Origin: Psammoneis japonica
Taxonomy: Eukaryota
Assembly (NCBI GenBank): GCA_008632985.1
Contig: QPGO01000056.1
Span: forward strand, 400,406 to 446,583
Length of the DNA stretch: 46,178 nt
Direction: 5' to 3'
Shown piece after piece: positions 34,904 through 46,178 of the stretch. The position numbers and the translations under genes are program-made. Numbering within the stretch: the first letter of the stretch is position 1; every line of letters starts with the position of its first letter. The notes beneath the pieces were generated by a model. That model was given only the letters and a program-made list of their open reading frames with translations, did not search any database and was not told the DNA's origin.

Positions 34904-36130
34904 GAGGTCACTTGCTTGACGAAGTCACCCCACCTACATTCGATAACCCCGATAAACATGTATGAACACTTCAATGATGAGGTGCGAAGGGGGGCTGCTT
35001 CGCAGTCGACCCCAACTCGGCAAGCGTCCTCTTACATAACAACCCATGATAGGAAGGGGGGTGTTCTAAAGGCTGCATCTCCTTGATAAACTTCTCAAAC
35101 ATTGGAAAGCTCTAAGTAAAACACTCAGAACACGCACAAAGCCATGGCAACCCCCAAGGGAGCAGAGGTGCTGATCACACCTTGAAGCTGCGAACCCAAT
35201 GCAGAAGACAAGGCGACGTTCATGGTCCCGCGTCTGCAAGCACACCTGCTCGAGCCCACGTGCCAGCAGGACAGGACCTCTGGGCACTGGCAAACCACCA
35301 GCACTCAGAATAAATTAGATGCTCTGATTGGTCCCCAACGTGTCAGTGAAAAGGTAAGCTCAGTGGTGGAGCTTCGCCGATCATAGGACGAGGCCGGGGG
35401 TTCGAGTCCCTCCCTTTTTCCGTACACACGTGCTTGAACCGGCAACCCGGAAACGGGTTGAGGTCACTTGCTTGACGAAGTCGCCCCACCTACATTCGAT
35501 AACCCCGATAAACATGTATGAATACTTCAATAATGAGGTGCGACGGGGGGCTGCTTCGCAGTCGACCCCAACTCGGCAAGCGTCCTCTTACATAACAACC
35601 CATGATAGGAAGGGGGGTGTTCCCTAACAGAACCCTACCCTACACCGTGCGAACCCTAACCCTGGGCACAGCAAGGAAGGGGGGCGTTCCCTAACCGAAC
35701 CCTACCCTACACCGTGCGAACCCTAACCCTGGGCAGTGCACCCTAACTGGAACCCCAGCAGTTAGGAACGGTGGCCCTATCCACTTAGGGAAGGGCGCGG
35801 CAGTGACGCCTTCGATTAAGCAAACATTGGAAAGCTCTAAGTAAAACACTCAGAACACGCGCAAAGCCATGGCAACCCCCAAGGAGCAGAGGTGCTGATC
35901 ACACCTTGAAGCAGCGAACCCAATGCAGAAGACAAGGCGACGTTCATGGTCCCACGTCTGCAAGCACACCTGCTCGAGCCCACGTGCCAGCAGGACAGGA
36001 CCTCTGGGCACTGGCAAACCACCAGCACTCAGAATAAATTAGATGCTCTGATTGGTCCCCAACGTGTCAGTGAAAAGGTAAGCTCAGTGGTGGAGCTTCG
36101 CCGATCATAGGACGAGGCCGGGGGTTCGAG
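34899..36130 (+). repeat. ~725-bp tandem repeat (period 35096->35821) with tRNA-like segment and CCCTAA-like motifs
   Basis: caaacattggaaagctctaag at 35096 and 35821; gggttgaggtcacttgc at 34899 and ~35455; the family continues at 41336-41388 and 42252-43109. Confidence 0.88.
35348..35420 (+). ncRNA. tRNA-derived Pol III unit (degenerate cloverleaf) within the repeat
   Basis: Acceptor GAAAAGG/CCTTTTT, D-arm GCTC-AGTGGTG-GAGC (A box), T-arm GGGGG-TTCGAGT-CCCTC (B box); anticodon arm imperfect. Confidence 0.7.
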
Positions 36131-36409
36131 NNNNNNNNNNNNNNNNNNNNNNNNNNNNNNNNNNNNNNNNNNNNNNNNNNNNNNNNNNNNNNNNNNNNNN
36201 NNNNNNNNNNNNNNNNNNNNNNNNNNNNNNNNNNNNNNNNNNNNNNNNNNNNNNNNNNNNNNNNNNNNNNNNNNNNNNNNNNNNNNNNNNNNNNNNNNNN
36301 NNNNNNNNNNNNNNNNNNNNNNNNNNNNNNNNNNNNNNNNNNNNNNNNNNNNNNNNNNNNNNNNNNNNNNNNNNNNNNNNNNNNNNNNNNNNNNNNNNNN
36401 NNNNNNNNN

Positions 36410-39400
36410 TGAGATTAAATTTTGCTCTGTGATTTTTGGTTTCTCCGAACGAGTTCTCAATGGCCTAAAGCTTCTGCGCTGCTTCTACAGACAAAAGGCC
36501 TTTCGGAGAATATAAGTGACAACAGATAGTCCGAATACGATTGCTTTTGACACATAAGATGTCAGCATCGTCCATCGATCGTATTTGCGATTTTCGACTT
36601 CCGATCAACTCTGTGTGATCGTTCTGTCCTTTGTACGCATCCACGACTGTGGTACGATTGACATATAAATAATATATAATCATAAATATGTATATAACAG
36701 TCGCATACTGCATTCGCCTCCCTAATTGCACATTAGAGTCATTTGTTAAGTGGATTATTCGACGGATATTGACAGTGTCAATAATGTCTCCACGTTCACT
36801 GTATTGTGCCATTAGTAATGACTGTTGTCGTTTTGTATAGGCCATGTGGGGCCGTTCCAATTTCCGAATGTCTTATGAGAGTGACATCGTTTGTTTCTCA
36901 CTTTATATATATATGTATACACAGTATTACGTCGAGTATTCTCGTTGACGTTCTTTGTTGATATGAACACAAGGACCAATTGTCCTGCAGTGTTTTTCAT
37001 GATATCGATTGTACCTGGCATTATGCCCAGTGCTTGATGTACGCTCTTTTAATTATTATGGCGTTCACTTTACTTGTGGAGTTCGTGTAGTTCTGGCTGG
37101 CTAACTTTATATGTGCCATGTTGCTCTGCTGCACTTCCACGTCGTAAGTAATTAACGATGGTCAAGGATATTTTCTAACCATTTCGTCTTGATAATCCTG
37201 GGATGGTTATGGATTCCTTTATGGATTTCTTTATTACTTCAACCATCTTTCCTTTGGATTTTGATCGTTATTTGGACGTTTCTTTTTGACATACCGGTGA
37301 CATTTCGTCATTCCGAAGGCACTGCTTTTGTGCACTATTCGGATAAATAATGTCCATTTTTGTGTTTTGTTTCTGAATCTTTGGCACATCTCGTGTGACG
37401 TTATTTATGTCTTGCCTCGTACATCGTACATTACAATCGTACGGGTGCTGTGAGATTGTCTTTTGCCAATGTGAAGTAGGTGCATATAATGTATGCCAAT
37501 CTGTCACTGATTTTTTCTTTAACCGTCCCTAAATAAGGCGATTTTTTCCTTATGACATGAGCATTTTTGATCTCGCTCGCCTCCACGAAAAGTGTTCGTA
37601 TGATATGTCGCGTCCGACAATTTGGAGGAAATGTCTTTATCCCATTTTGTTCAGTGTCGAGAACTTTGCAATTTAACGGAAAGACATTGTCGTAGGATTT
37701 TGGTAGGACCTTTTCAGCTAACTCTTCTGTGCTGAGGTTTTCCATAGGTTCTATTTTTTTATAGTAAGTCGGCTGATCGCTCTTGCGACGACGTTCGCCT
37801 TGTCCTCGATGTATTTTAATTCGGGACTGAAATTTTTTATTTTAAGTCGTCAACGCATGACTATGTCCGTTGTGTGTTATGAACCGTGTGTATAATAATC
37901 TGTTGGCCAAACAGTATATTCCGGGAATTATTAAGTGTTTCCACTATGGACAGAAGTTCTTTTTCCGTTGTGACTTGAATGTTACAATACCATGTTTGAT
38001 AATGACATAGTTTTTGATATGATGCGCTCCATATTTTCGGAGACTTTTCGTTCTGTACTTGTCCTTTTGCCGTTTGACCTTTATTGAGGTGGATTTGGCT
38101 AGAAATGTACAGGAGATCATTGAGACTACATGTCTTTATAGTAGTAACGTATATCGACAAGCTGTCGTAATATTCTTTACGTTTTGCTCAATGTTGCGAT
38201 TGCCGGAATCGCCTCCATTTTCTTTGTAATCGGATGTATACCGTTACGTATGGAAGTCTTGATAATATTTTTCAAGTTAAGTAGTGAAGGACTTTTGTTT
38301 GTTAACCTTCAAAGCGACTGTTCTAGTCGTATGAATGCCATTTCAAGTTTTTCTTGTACAGGTGACATTTTGAAGTTACTTTCTGTCAGGTATAAACGTT
38401 CATTCATAGTCGTTCTGACAACTTTAAACCTGTCATGAGTTTGCTCATGTGTTGTATGAAAATATCTGGGGCTCTATAGATTCTTGTTGGAAGTCTATAG
38501 CACTCGTTTTCCCCCACGGCATTATTCTGATGTGAGCACGACGTGTGCTTTCTTGATTTTACATCGTGGTGTTCCATGTTTGAATCGTAATTTCATTTTT
38601 AAATCTTCAATCTTTCATAATTGGTTAAATTCCTTTCAAATGGACGCCTCCAAAGACTATGATAGGAGAAGGTTCTCACACGTCGCGTAATCGCGTCAGA
38701 TTTTTCATGGTGAGATCCACTGGTTCTTCCCATTCATTTGTCCAATGAACTTTTCAAAAGGATTTTAAACCTCATAAGAAGGAGACTGAGTGGTTTATCT
38801 TCTTTTGGTTTAGATGTATTGCTGTAGCTGTCACTTGATTAGAATCGACGGTGTGATAATGTGAGTCGAGAACCATCGGTCTCGTTATTAACTCTATTCA
38901 CTGGTGATATTTTTCAATGTGATCGGCATTCAGCTGGAACATTTTTGTATCGAAGAGTGCATCAACATTCTTCATAGGGTAATTGCTTCATTCCCATTTG
39001 ATTTCTTCAATTGCGTAGTCTAGTATGATTGCAAGACTGGACATTAAGTCGCGTCCCATGATCATGTCATTCGACCTTGAAGGGTATTTGGTGTTATTGA
39101 CATGTGCTGTTTGAATATCAGTAAGTCTTAAATTCGCGTAGTGAGAACTGAATTCGGTGTTTACTATCAGTCGTAAAGAGCTCACCCTTGGTTTCCCAAG
39201 TTTTTTGGTGGCGGATATTTTGGTTCTCAACTTTCGCACGATTTTGCGTAAAATCATGGGCTGACGATGTTCTTTATCGAGAGAACACGTAGAAGCTTAT
39301 TTTTTGCTTTTCTCAGAGTAGCAGTCATATAGACAGCGAGAATAGGACTCGCACAACATACTGTGATGCTTTTTCTGGGTTTCCAGACATCCTGTAACGC

Positions 39401-40977
39401 GTTATACTCCTCGAGCGGTATAAATTTTTGATCGGACTCGATCGGGTCAATTTTTCTAAATTGATAGTTTTATTCGCTAAGCGTTTTAGAGTCTTAATTT
39501 TTGCTCTTGCGCTTTTTATCTTTGTTCGAAGAACTCGCTTTGAGTATTTTTTTGAACTGCTTGGATAACCACAGCATTCAACTCTTCTTTGCGAGAGGCA
39601 TTATCGTTATCGCGACGCGACCGCGTGCGATTGCCATTTGAACTGTGCCGTTTTGGATCACATTTATCGTGTCCACGGCGTTCTTTCGCTAGTTCTTTTG
39701 CAGAATAGCCTGAATCCGTGATGCAGGTGTTCTTTATTGAAAGATTGGACCTTGCATTCACTTTGGATTGTTCTGGCACCACACAGGAGACCATTTTTGG
39801 AACCAAAATTGGAACCTTTTTGATTATGGAATCAACTGCGCTATCAGAGCCTGAGTTGATAAATTTTTTTGTCACAGACGTCCTTGCCGACCTCTAGACG
39901 ACTCAAACCTCAATCAGCTTGTCAAGGGTATGATCCAGTAGTTCAACATTTTGGACAGTAGGCTGATGCTGCCATCCTTGCGGTGCGAGTGATAGCTGAT
40001 AACTCAGCGCTCGTTTTCCCGCTAGATTCGACTTAGAATCGATCTGAGGGTCATATAGACTCTCATCATTGACCTCTTGGGTCTATCAGAGGCTTCTTTG
40101 CTGTTGAGCGGCTCTGGTTTCTTCAGGTCGTCTCGAAAATAATTTCCCTGATTCTGAAGTGCATTTCCTCAGAGGACATGAGTTATGAGACGCTTGAGTA
40201 CTTTCCAACGATTCCCTCTTGCTCCTTGGACTCGAGGATCATCGATTCGGTCTCAAAAAACTCTCCAATAGTCTCTCCTTGCATGGTAGACGTATTTCTC
40301 GGATCTGATCGACTCGGAACTTGCATTCTCTGCAACCATGAATTGGTGTAGATTTTTTGATAATGCGGTGTACTTGAGAGCCCTTGATCCTTGGGTGCTT
40401 GGAATAGACCGTATTAGAGCGAATCCTCTCGTTTGGTAGACGAAAAACAGCGTTCCATCTTGAGGTACTGCTCGGATTGAGCTTCTTCCGCTCGGAAATC
40501 GATTCCAGCAGAACTGATGCGATTCGCTCCTGTTTAGAAGAATTTACAAAGGCATGTTAGTTAAAATTTTCATTTTCCGTGCTTTTTACCTTCTGTGGTG
40601 TGTATACACAATGCACTATGCTCGAAGAACGAGTGTAAACGAAAGTAGAATAGTGTACGAAAAGTGGAAATTATGAGATTAAATTTTGCTCTTTGATTTT
40701 GGTTTCTCCGAACGAGTTCTCAATGGCCTAAAGCTTCTGTGCTGCTTCTACAGACAAAAGGCCTTTCGGAGAATATAATCGTGACAACAGATAGTCCGAA
40801 TACGATTGCTTTTGACACATAAGATGTCAGCATCGTCCATCGATCGTATTTGCGATTTTCGACTTCCGATCAACTCTGTGTGATCGTTCTGTCCTTCGCA
40901 CGCATCCACGACTGTGGCACGATTGACACATAAATGATGTGTAATCACATGTATGTACACAACAGTCGCATACTGCA
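36410..40977 (-). mobile_element. Second copy (B') of the non-autonomous Gypsy element B, much less TpA-mutated
   Basis: LTRs at 36410-36712 (partial, gap) and 40612-40977; internal region colinear with the reverse complement of 13026-17019; PPT at 36713-36724. Confidence 0.92.
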
Positions 40978-41335
40978 ATTGGGCCCGTAGACTTCTACGT
41001 GCGAGCTCCGTAGTAATTTATATGGTAATTAAAATGTCAATGATCGCCAACAGAAAATGAGGCAATTTTGCGAACGCACAAACTCGCACATGATTTAAGT
41101 GCATCATTTTTTACTTAGCCAGTTACATTCTTCAGACATTGAAGAATGTAACTGGCGCATTATTGTTTCTATAAATTTGTCATATAAAACGTCTGGGGCT
41201 TCGCAAAACAGCGAGTCTGGACAATTTTTTTAATATCACAAGTAGAAATCTACGTACGAAACATACGACGGATGATAAAAATTATTGTTGTCACACGTCA
41301 GTACTACGAGCTCCCACCTAGGGCTGGAATGCGTC
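40978..41335. mobile_element. MITE family 1 copy lacking its first ~35 bp (apparently interrupted by B')
   Basis: Begins attgggcccgtagac (internal to the MITE end), ends CCCACCTAGGGCTGGAATGCGTC; near-duplicate of 41424-41698. Confidence 0.85.
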
Positions 41336-41388
41336 CCTCTTACATGACAACCCATGATAGGAAGGGGGGTGTTCCCTAACCGAACCCT

Positions 41389-41698
41389 GACGCGTTCCAG
41401 ACGTAGGTGGGAATCCGGGTGACATTGGGCCCGTAGACTTCTACGTGCGAGCTCCGTAGTAAAATTATACGGTAATTAAAATGTCAATGATCGCCAACAG
41501 AAAATGAGGCAATTTTGCGAACGCACAAACTCGCACATGATTGAAGTACATCATTTTTTACTTAGCCAGTTACATTCTTCAGACATTGAAGAATGTAACT
41601 GGCGCATTGTTGTTTCTATAAATTTGTCATATAAAACGTCTGGGCTTCGCCAAAACAGCAAGTCTGGACAATTTTTTTTAAATGTCACACGTAGAAAT
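41389..41698. mobile_element. MITE family 1 copy (runs into gap), inserted in the tandem repeat
   Basis: Starts GACGCGTTCCAGACGTAGGTGGGA directly after the repeat sequence cgaaccct. Confidence 0.85.
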
Positions 41699-42251
41699 NN
41701 NNNNNNNNNNNNNNNNNNNNNNNNNNNNNNNNNNNNNNNNNNNNNNNNNNNNNNNNNNNNNNNNNNNNNNNNNNNNNNNNNNNNNNNNNNNNNNNNNNNN
41801 NNNNNNNNNNNNNNNNNNNNNNNNNNNNNNNNNNNNNNNNNNNNNNNNNNNNNNNNNNNNNNNNNNNNNNNNNNNNNNNNNNNNNNNNNNNNNNNNNNNN
41901 NNNNNNNNNNNNNNNNNNNNNNNNNNNNNNNNNNNNNNNNNNNNNNNNNNNNNNNNNNNNNNNNNNNNNNNNNNNNNNNNNNNNNNNNNNNNNNNNNNNN
42001 NNNNNNNNNNNNNNNNNNNNNNNNNNNNNNNNNNNNNNNNNNNNNNNNNNNNNNNNNNNNNNNNNNNNNNNNNNNNNNNNNNNNNNNNNNNNNNNNNNNN
42101 NNNNNNNNNNNNNNNNNNNNNNNNNNNNNNNNNNNNNNNNNNNNNNNNNNNNNNNNNNNNNNNNNNNNNNNNNNNNNNNNNNNNNNNNNNNNNNNNNNNN
42201 NNNNNNNNNNNNNNNNNNNNNNNNNNNNNNNNNNNNNNNNNNNNNNNNNNN

Positions 42252-43109
42252 GATCGTAGGACGAGGCCGGGGTTCGAGTCCCTCCCTTTTTCCGTACACA
42301 CGTGCTTGAACCGGCAACCCGGAAATGGGTTGAGGTTACTTGCTTGACGAAGTTGCCCCACCTACATTCGATAACCCGACAAACATGTATGAACACTTCA
42401 ACAATGAGGTGCGACGGGGGGCTGCTTCGCAGTCGACCCCAACTCGGCAATCGTCCTCTTACATAACAACCCATGATGGGAAGGGGGGTGTTCCCCAACC
42501 GAACCCTACCCTACACCGTGCGAACCCTAACCCTGGGCACAGCAAGGAAGGGGGCGTTCCCTAACCGAACCCTGCCCTACACCGTGCGAACCCTAACACT
42601 GGGCAGTGCACCCTAACTGGAACCCCAGTAGTTAGGAACGGGTGGCCCTATCCCACTTAGGGAAGGGCGCGGCAGTGACGCCTTCGATTAAGCAAACATT
42701 GGAAAGCTCTAAGTAAAACACTTGGAACATGCGCAAAGCCATGGCAACCCCCAAGGGAGCAGAGGTGCTGATCACACCTTGAAGCAGCGAACCCAATGTA
42801 GAAGACAAGGCGACGTTCATGGTCCCGCGTCTGCAAGCACACCTGCTCGAGCCCACGTGCCAGCAGGACAGGACCTCTGGGCACTGGCAAACCACCAGCA
42901 CTCAGAATAAATTAGATGCTCTGATTGGTCCCCAACGTGTCAGTGAAAAGGTAAGCTCAGTGGTGGAGCTTCGCCGATCATAGGACGAGGCCGGGGGTTC
43001 GAGTCCCTCCCTTTTTCCGTACACACGTGCTTGAACGGCAACCCGGAAACGGGTTGAGGTCACTTGCTTGACAAAGTCGCCCCACCTACATTCGATAACC
43101 CGATAAACA
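42252..43109 (+). repeat. ~725-bp tandem repeat, further unit plus terminal partial unit
   Basis: Colinear with 35379-36130 and 35400-35514. Confidence 0.88.
42945..43017 (+). ncRNA. tRNA-derived Pol III unit, another copy
   Basis: Matches 35348-35420; partial copies at 36072-36130 and 42252-42292. Confidence 0.7.
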
Positions 43110-43294
43110 CAACGCCTTGATGCCTGCCTGCCATACAAATCTTGCCATTTTCCAACGATTTTGGAACAACTCCCTCTCCAAAATCCAAGCCATTACCTGC
43201 CTGCAAGGCCCAGTTCTTTCCCGCTTTACCGTTCGCCATGTACATGTACACCACTCCACCAGGCGATGTAGTGCGTGAACTTCTCACAAGCGCA

Positions 43295-46178
43295 TGCTCT
43301 ATAGCTAGATCGTAGCTAACCCACTGCTGTAGACATTACGTCACCACTAACAAATATCCTAAATCTTGTTGTCCCTCACTAAAGCTGATCATTCTACTTT
43401 CAAGCCTTAATTTACCTTTTCCGTGATGTATTCCATTGCATCATTTTGCTTGGACTTACCATCTTTGTGTTGCCCGAAGTGATGGCGACACGTTGCATCA
43501 CAGCATCTGTAACTCGGTGCAGCTCTTGGCCTTCATGAACAAACTTCTTTCCCTTGAAGGACGCCCACTTCGTCTCGAGGAATCCTTCTTGGTTAGCGTA
43601 ATAACGCGTGAGAGCATGACACTTTCCGGGAAGCACAAAATGAATTGACGGATGCCAGCACCATGGATGCTGCCATCCTCCTCGTCACGCAGCTTTTGCG
43701 CAAACTTCTTATTTTTCATTTCAGTCTGGCTGCAGGCATCACACCAGTCTATAGCCTTCACATGATAGAGATGATATTTGTGCCTGCACTGATACGGCGC
43801 TGACGGAACTGTCATCAAGATGTCCGTCTCCGAGACAACTGAGCCCGGCAGTTGTTCATGAAGAAGTCCTGAGCATGGGCGGAATAGTTCACTATGTCAA
43901 AACCTTTGTGAACTTTTCCATCATCCACAGGACTGTCTTTGTCCCTAAAAAGGTGATCCCAAGGTTGCCGAATGTGTCGTGGTTGGTCGGATCGTCGAGG
44001 TCCACCATAACCACCTTCAAACCTGTGGCAGAAGAAAGCAACACCAAATGGCAAGTTGTGTCGAGTATCCTCGCCGGAAGAGTCAGTGTCAAATCCTGAC
44101 ATGGCGGTGTTGGACTTCTGTTGGTGGTGAGTCGTGCTGTGGATCTCTCGGCCGGTTTGAACGCCGAGGTTTCCGAGATGTCGACAGTGCTCTGCTTCTG
44201 GAAGCGAGCGATAATAACGAATGCGTTGGCGAATTTTTTCTCTCAAATCAGATCCAGGTGGCCCGAAGAGATCACTTTTGCCCTTTGCAAAGCCTGCAAA
44301 CGTGAAGGTGATGTGGGAGTCGTTGCTGCCCAAATGCAAGCCCGCCCGATTCCTCAATGTGTGTGATGAGTTCGCACTCGAGTTCTAATGGAAGTCCACA
44401 GCTGTTGGACCATTGAACTTGTTGCTGACAGTTGCCAACAGTAGTACCGCTGTCTTCTGCTGTTTTGTGTCACTTGGGGTGTTCCCGTCCATGAGCAATG
44501 CACAGCGACATGAAACAAAAGTTTTCGCTGAAGCCAGCCGATCTCTTTGGAAGAGCAATCTGGTTTGTTGAAAGCGCACCAAAAACATCTGCAACGCATT
44601 GGATTTCAATAAGTAAATATAACGGTTGGAATTCTGGGGGCAATTGAACTTCCTAAGTAGAAAGATGCCGTTAACGGTTGGATTTTTTCGCGTGACTGAA
44701 TTTTCGCTCGTCTTTCCAAAAACCGACGATGCACCATGATGGGCCGAACGGAGAAACGACAAACAAAAGACCGCCCAAAGAAATGGGAGGAGCCAACAAA
44801 GAAGATGGGAGGAGATAAGGAGAGGCCACCTGCAAAAAAACAGAGCGAGGAAGCAGCTCGGTGGAGGAAAAGCTCAGCAAAAGCTCTGCTTCAGCAGGAT
44901 CTCCGACAAGGCCAGATCCCACTTGATGCGGCTACCATGAGTGCCGAGGACATATGGTGGCAACGTACAGAGTTTGTTGACTTCAGCTTTGACTTTTTTT
45001 AAAGCCCGTTTGGTGTGCTATCACAACAAAATATTCAAGGAAACTCACCCAGAGCTGGCACTACCACAGCACATCACAGGTGGCAGGAAATCCCGAACGA
45101 AGGAGGACAAAGCAGCGGATAAGGCAAAAAAGGAAGAAGCAAAAAAGAAGCATTCACAAGAAGCAATTTTGTGGAGGAAAGGTGGGCCAAGGCATCTCCT
45201 CCAGCAAGATCTCCGTCGAGGGGAAATCCCAGTTGACGACAGTGGCATGACTGCTGATGAAGCATGGTGGCAACGCCCAGAATATACCGAGTTCAGCCTT
45301 GAGTTCTTCGAGGCTCGTTTGGAGCACTATAGAGAAAAAGCATGCATGGAAAATCATCAAGCTGCTGCTGATGANGCACTGGCTCATGACAGGCGGCTGT
45401 TCCCAAGAAGCCAACCAATTCCATTGGCAAGCCTCGATGGATCTTTGCAGAAAAATATTTGAAGACAGACATTGACAAGGAAAAGCACACAGTGCTTGCA
45501 CCACGAGAACTTTGCAAAACCCATGAAGAGCACCAGGTATTCGAGCTAGAGGTGTTCAGAAAGCACATTCACCAAGAGTGAAAAAGCGAAAATACATTGC
45601 GTGCAAGANACGATGCAGAGAAGAAGGCAAAGGGAGAAAAGAAGTAGTAACTTTCCAGAAACTACCTAATTAGTAGCTGCTACCTTGTTCCACCACCATG
45701 CCATCCCCACGCTTTTTCTTCTTGGCGCCACCCTCCATGGTCGTCTTGAATGATGCGAGCAAGCGATCCGCAAGTTTCTGACATCGCTCTCGTCAAGTCC
45801 CATCTTGCCAACCTCCTGGCGAGCACATCGACTTCTTCTAAAGGCTGCATCTCCTTGATGAACTTCTTCTTGATGTAGAACGTGTCGTCCTTTTCATGCA
45901 AAAGCACCTTGACCTTCTGCGCGGTGATCTTTTTCACCCTTCCCCATTCGCCTTGGTGTTCTCCACCGACAACGTCAACGATACTTCCTTTGGCAATCAT
46001 GGTGGCCTTTTCTGTTCCAATTGTGGATTGTGATTTGACTGCGAGTGTGAGCTGTGTAGTGCTGTGCTGTAGCATGGACCGTGAGCATGTGGAACTACAT
46101 TTGCACACTACAATTGTAGCCACCTAATCTATACGGCAAACCTGTCGAACATGTAAGTCCCACAAAATCTTGACTATT
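43295..46178. mobile_element. Harbinger-like cassette, copy 2 (ORF-A 43389-44492 minus, ORF-B 44736-45650 plus, ORF-C ~45680-46000 minus; transposase expected beyond the window end)
   Basis: Colinear direct duplicate of 31318-34190 with independent indels. Confidence 0.75.

Noticed and set aside
35348..35420. Functional tRNA-Met (CAT) or tRNA-Sec (TCA)
   Set aside because: The anticodon stem does not pair canonically, there is an extra base before the D arm, and it lies in a multi-copy repeat; treated as tRNA-derived.
35623..35745. True telomere
   Set aside because: Only 1-2 CCCTAA units embedded in an internal repeat; not a terminal array.
12659..40977. Classical RIP (CpA->TpA) making B' the mutated copy
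   Set aside because: TA-poor copies are the ones that lost conserved Tyr residues, and homologous sites show both TG and CA against TA, so TA is ancestral.
4045..42498. ORFs containing long X runs
   Set aside because: They only span assembly gaps (N runs).

Overview
Eukaryotic, gap-containing scaffold, most likely from a pennate diatom (18S/5.8S signatures). It holds one complete rDNA unit (5052-10886) followed by about 35 kb of nested mobile DNA. That DNA comprises two Ty3/Gypsy families (autonomous-type A plus two copies of its decayed relative, B and B'; elements C and D), two MITE families, two copies of a multi-ORF PIF/Harbinger-like (DDE_Tnp_4) cassette, and a ~725-bp tandem repeat with a tRNA-like Pol III unit and telomere-like motifs. 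The main signal is a repeat-targeted hypermutation that changes TpA to TpG or CpA (A:T->G:C on both strands), the opposite direction to fungal RIP. It is visible between the two LTRs of single proviruses, between paralogous copies including DNA transposons, and as systematic Tyr->Cys/His changes in conserved retroelement motifs, while the rDNA transcription unit is spared. All comparisons were made by eye; no searches were run.
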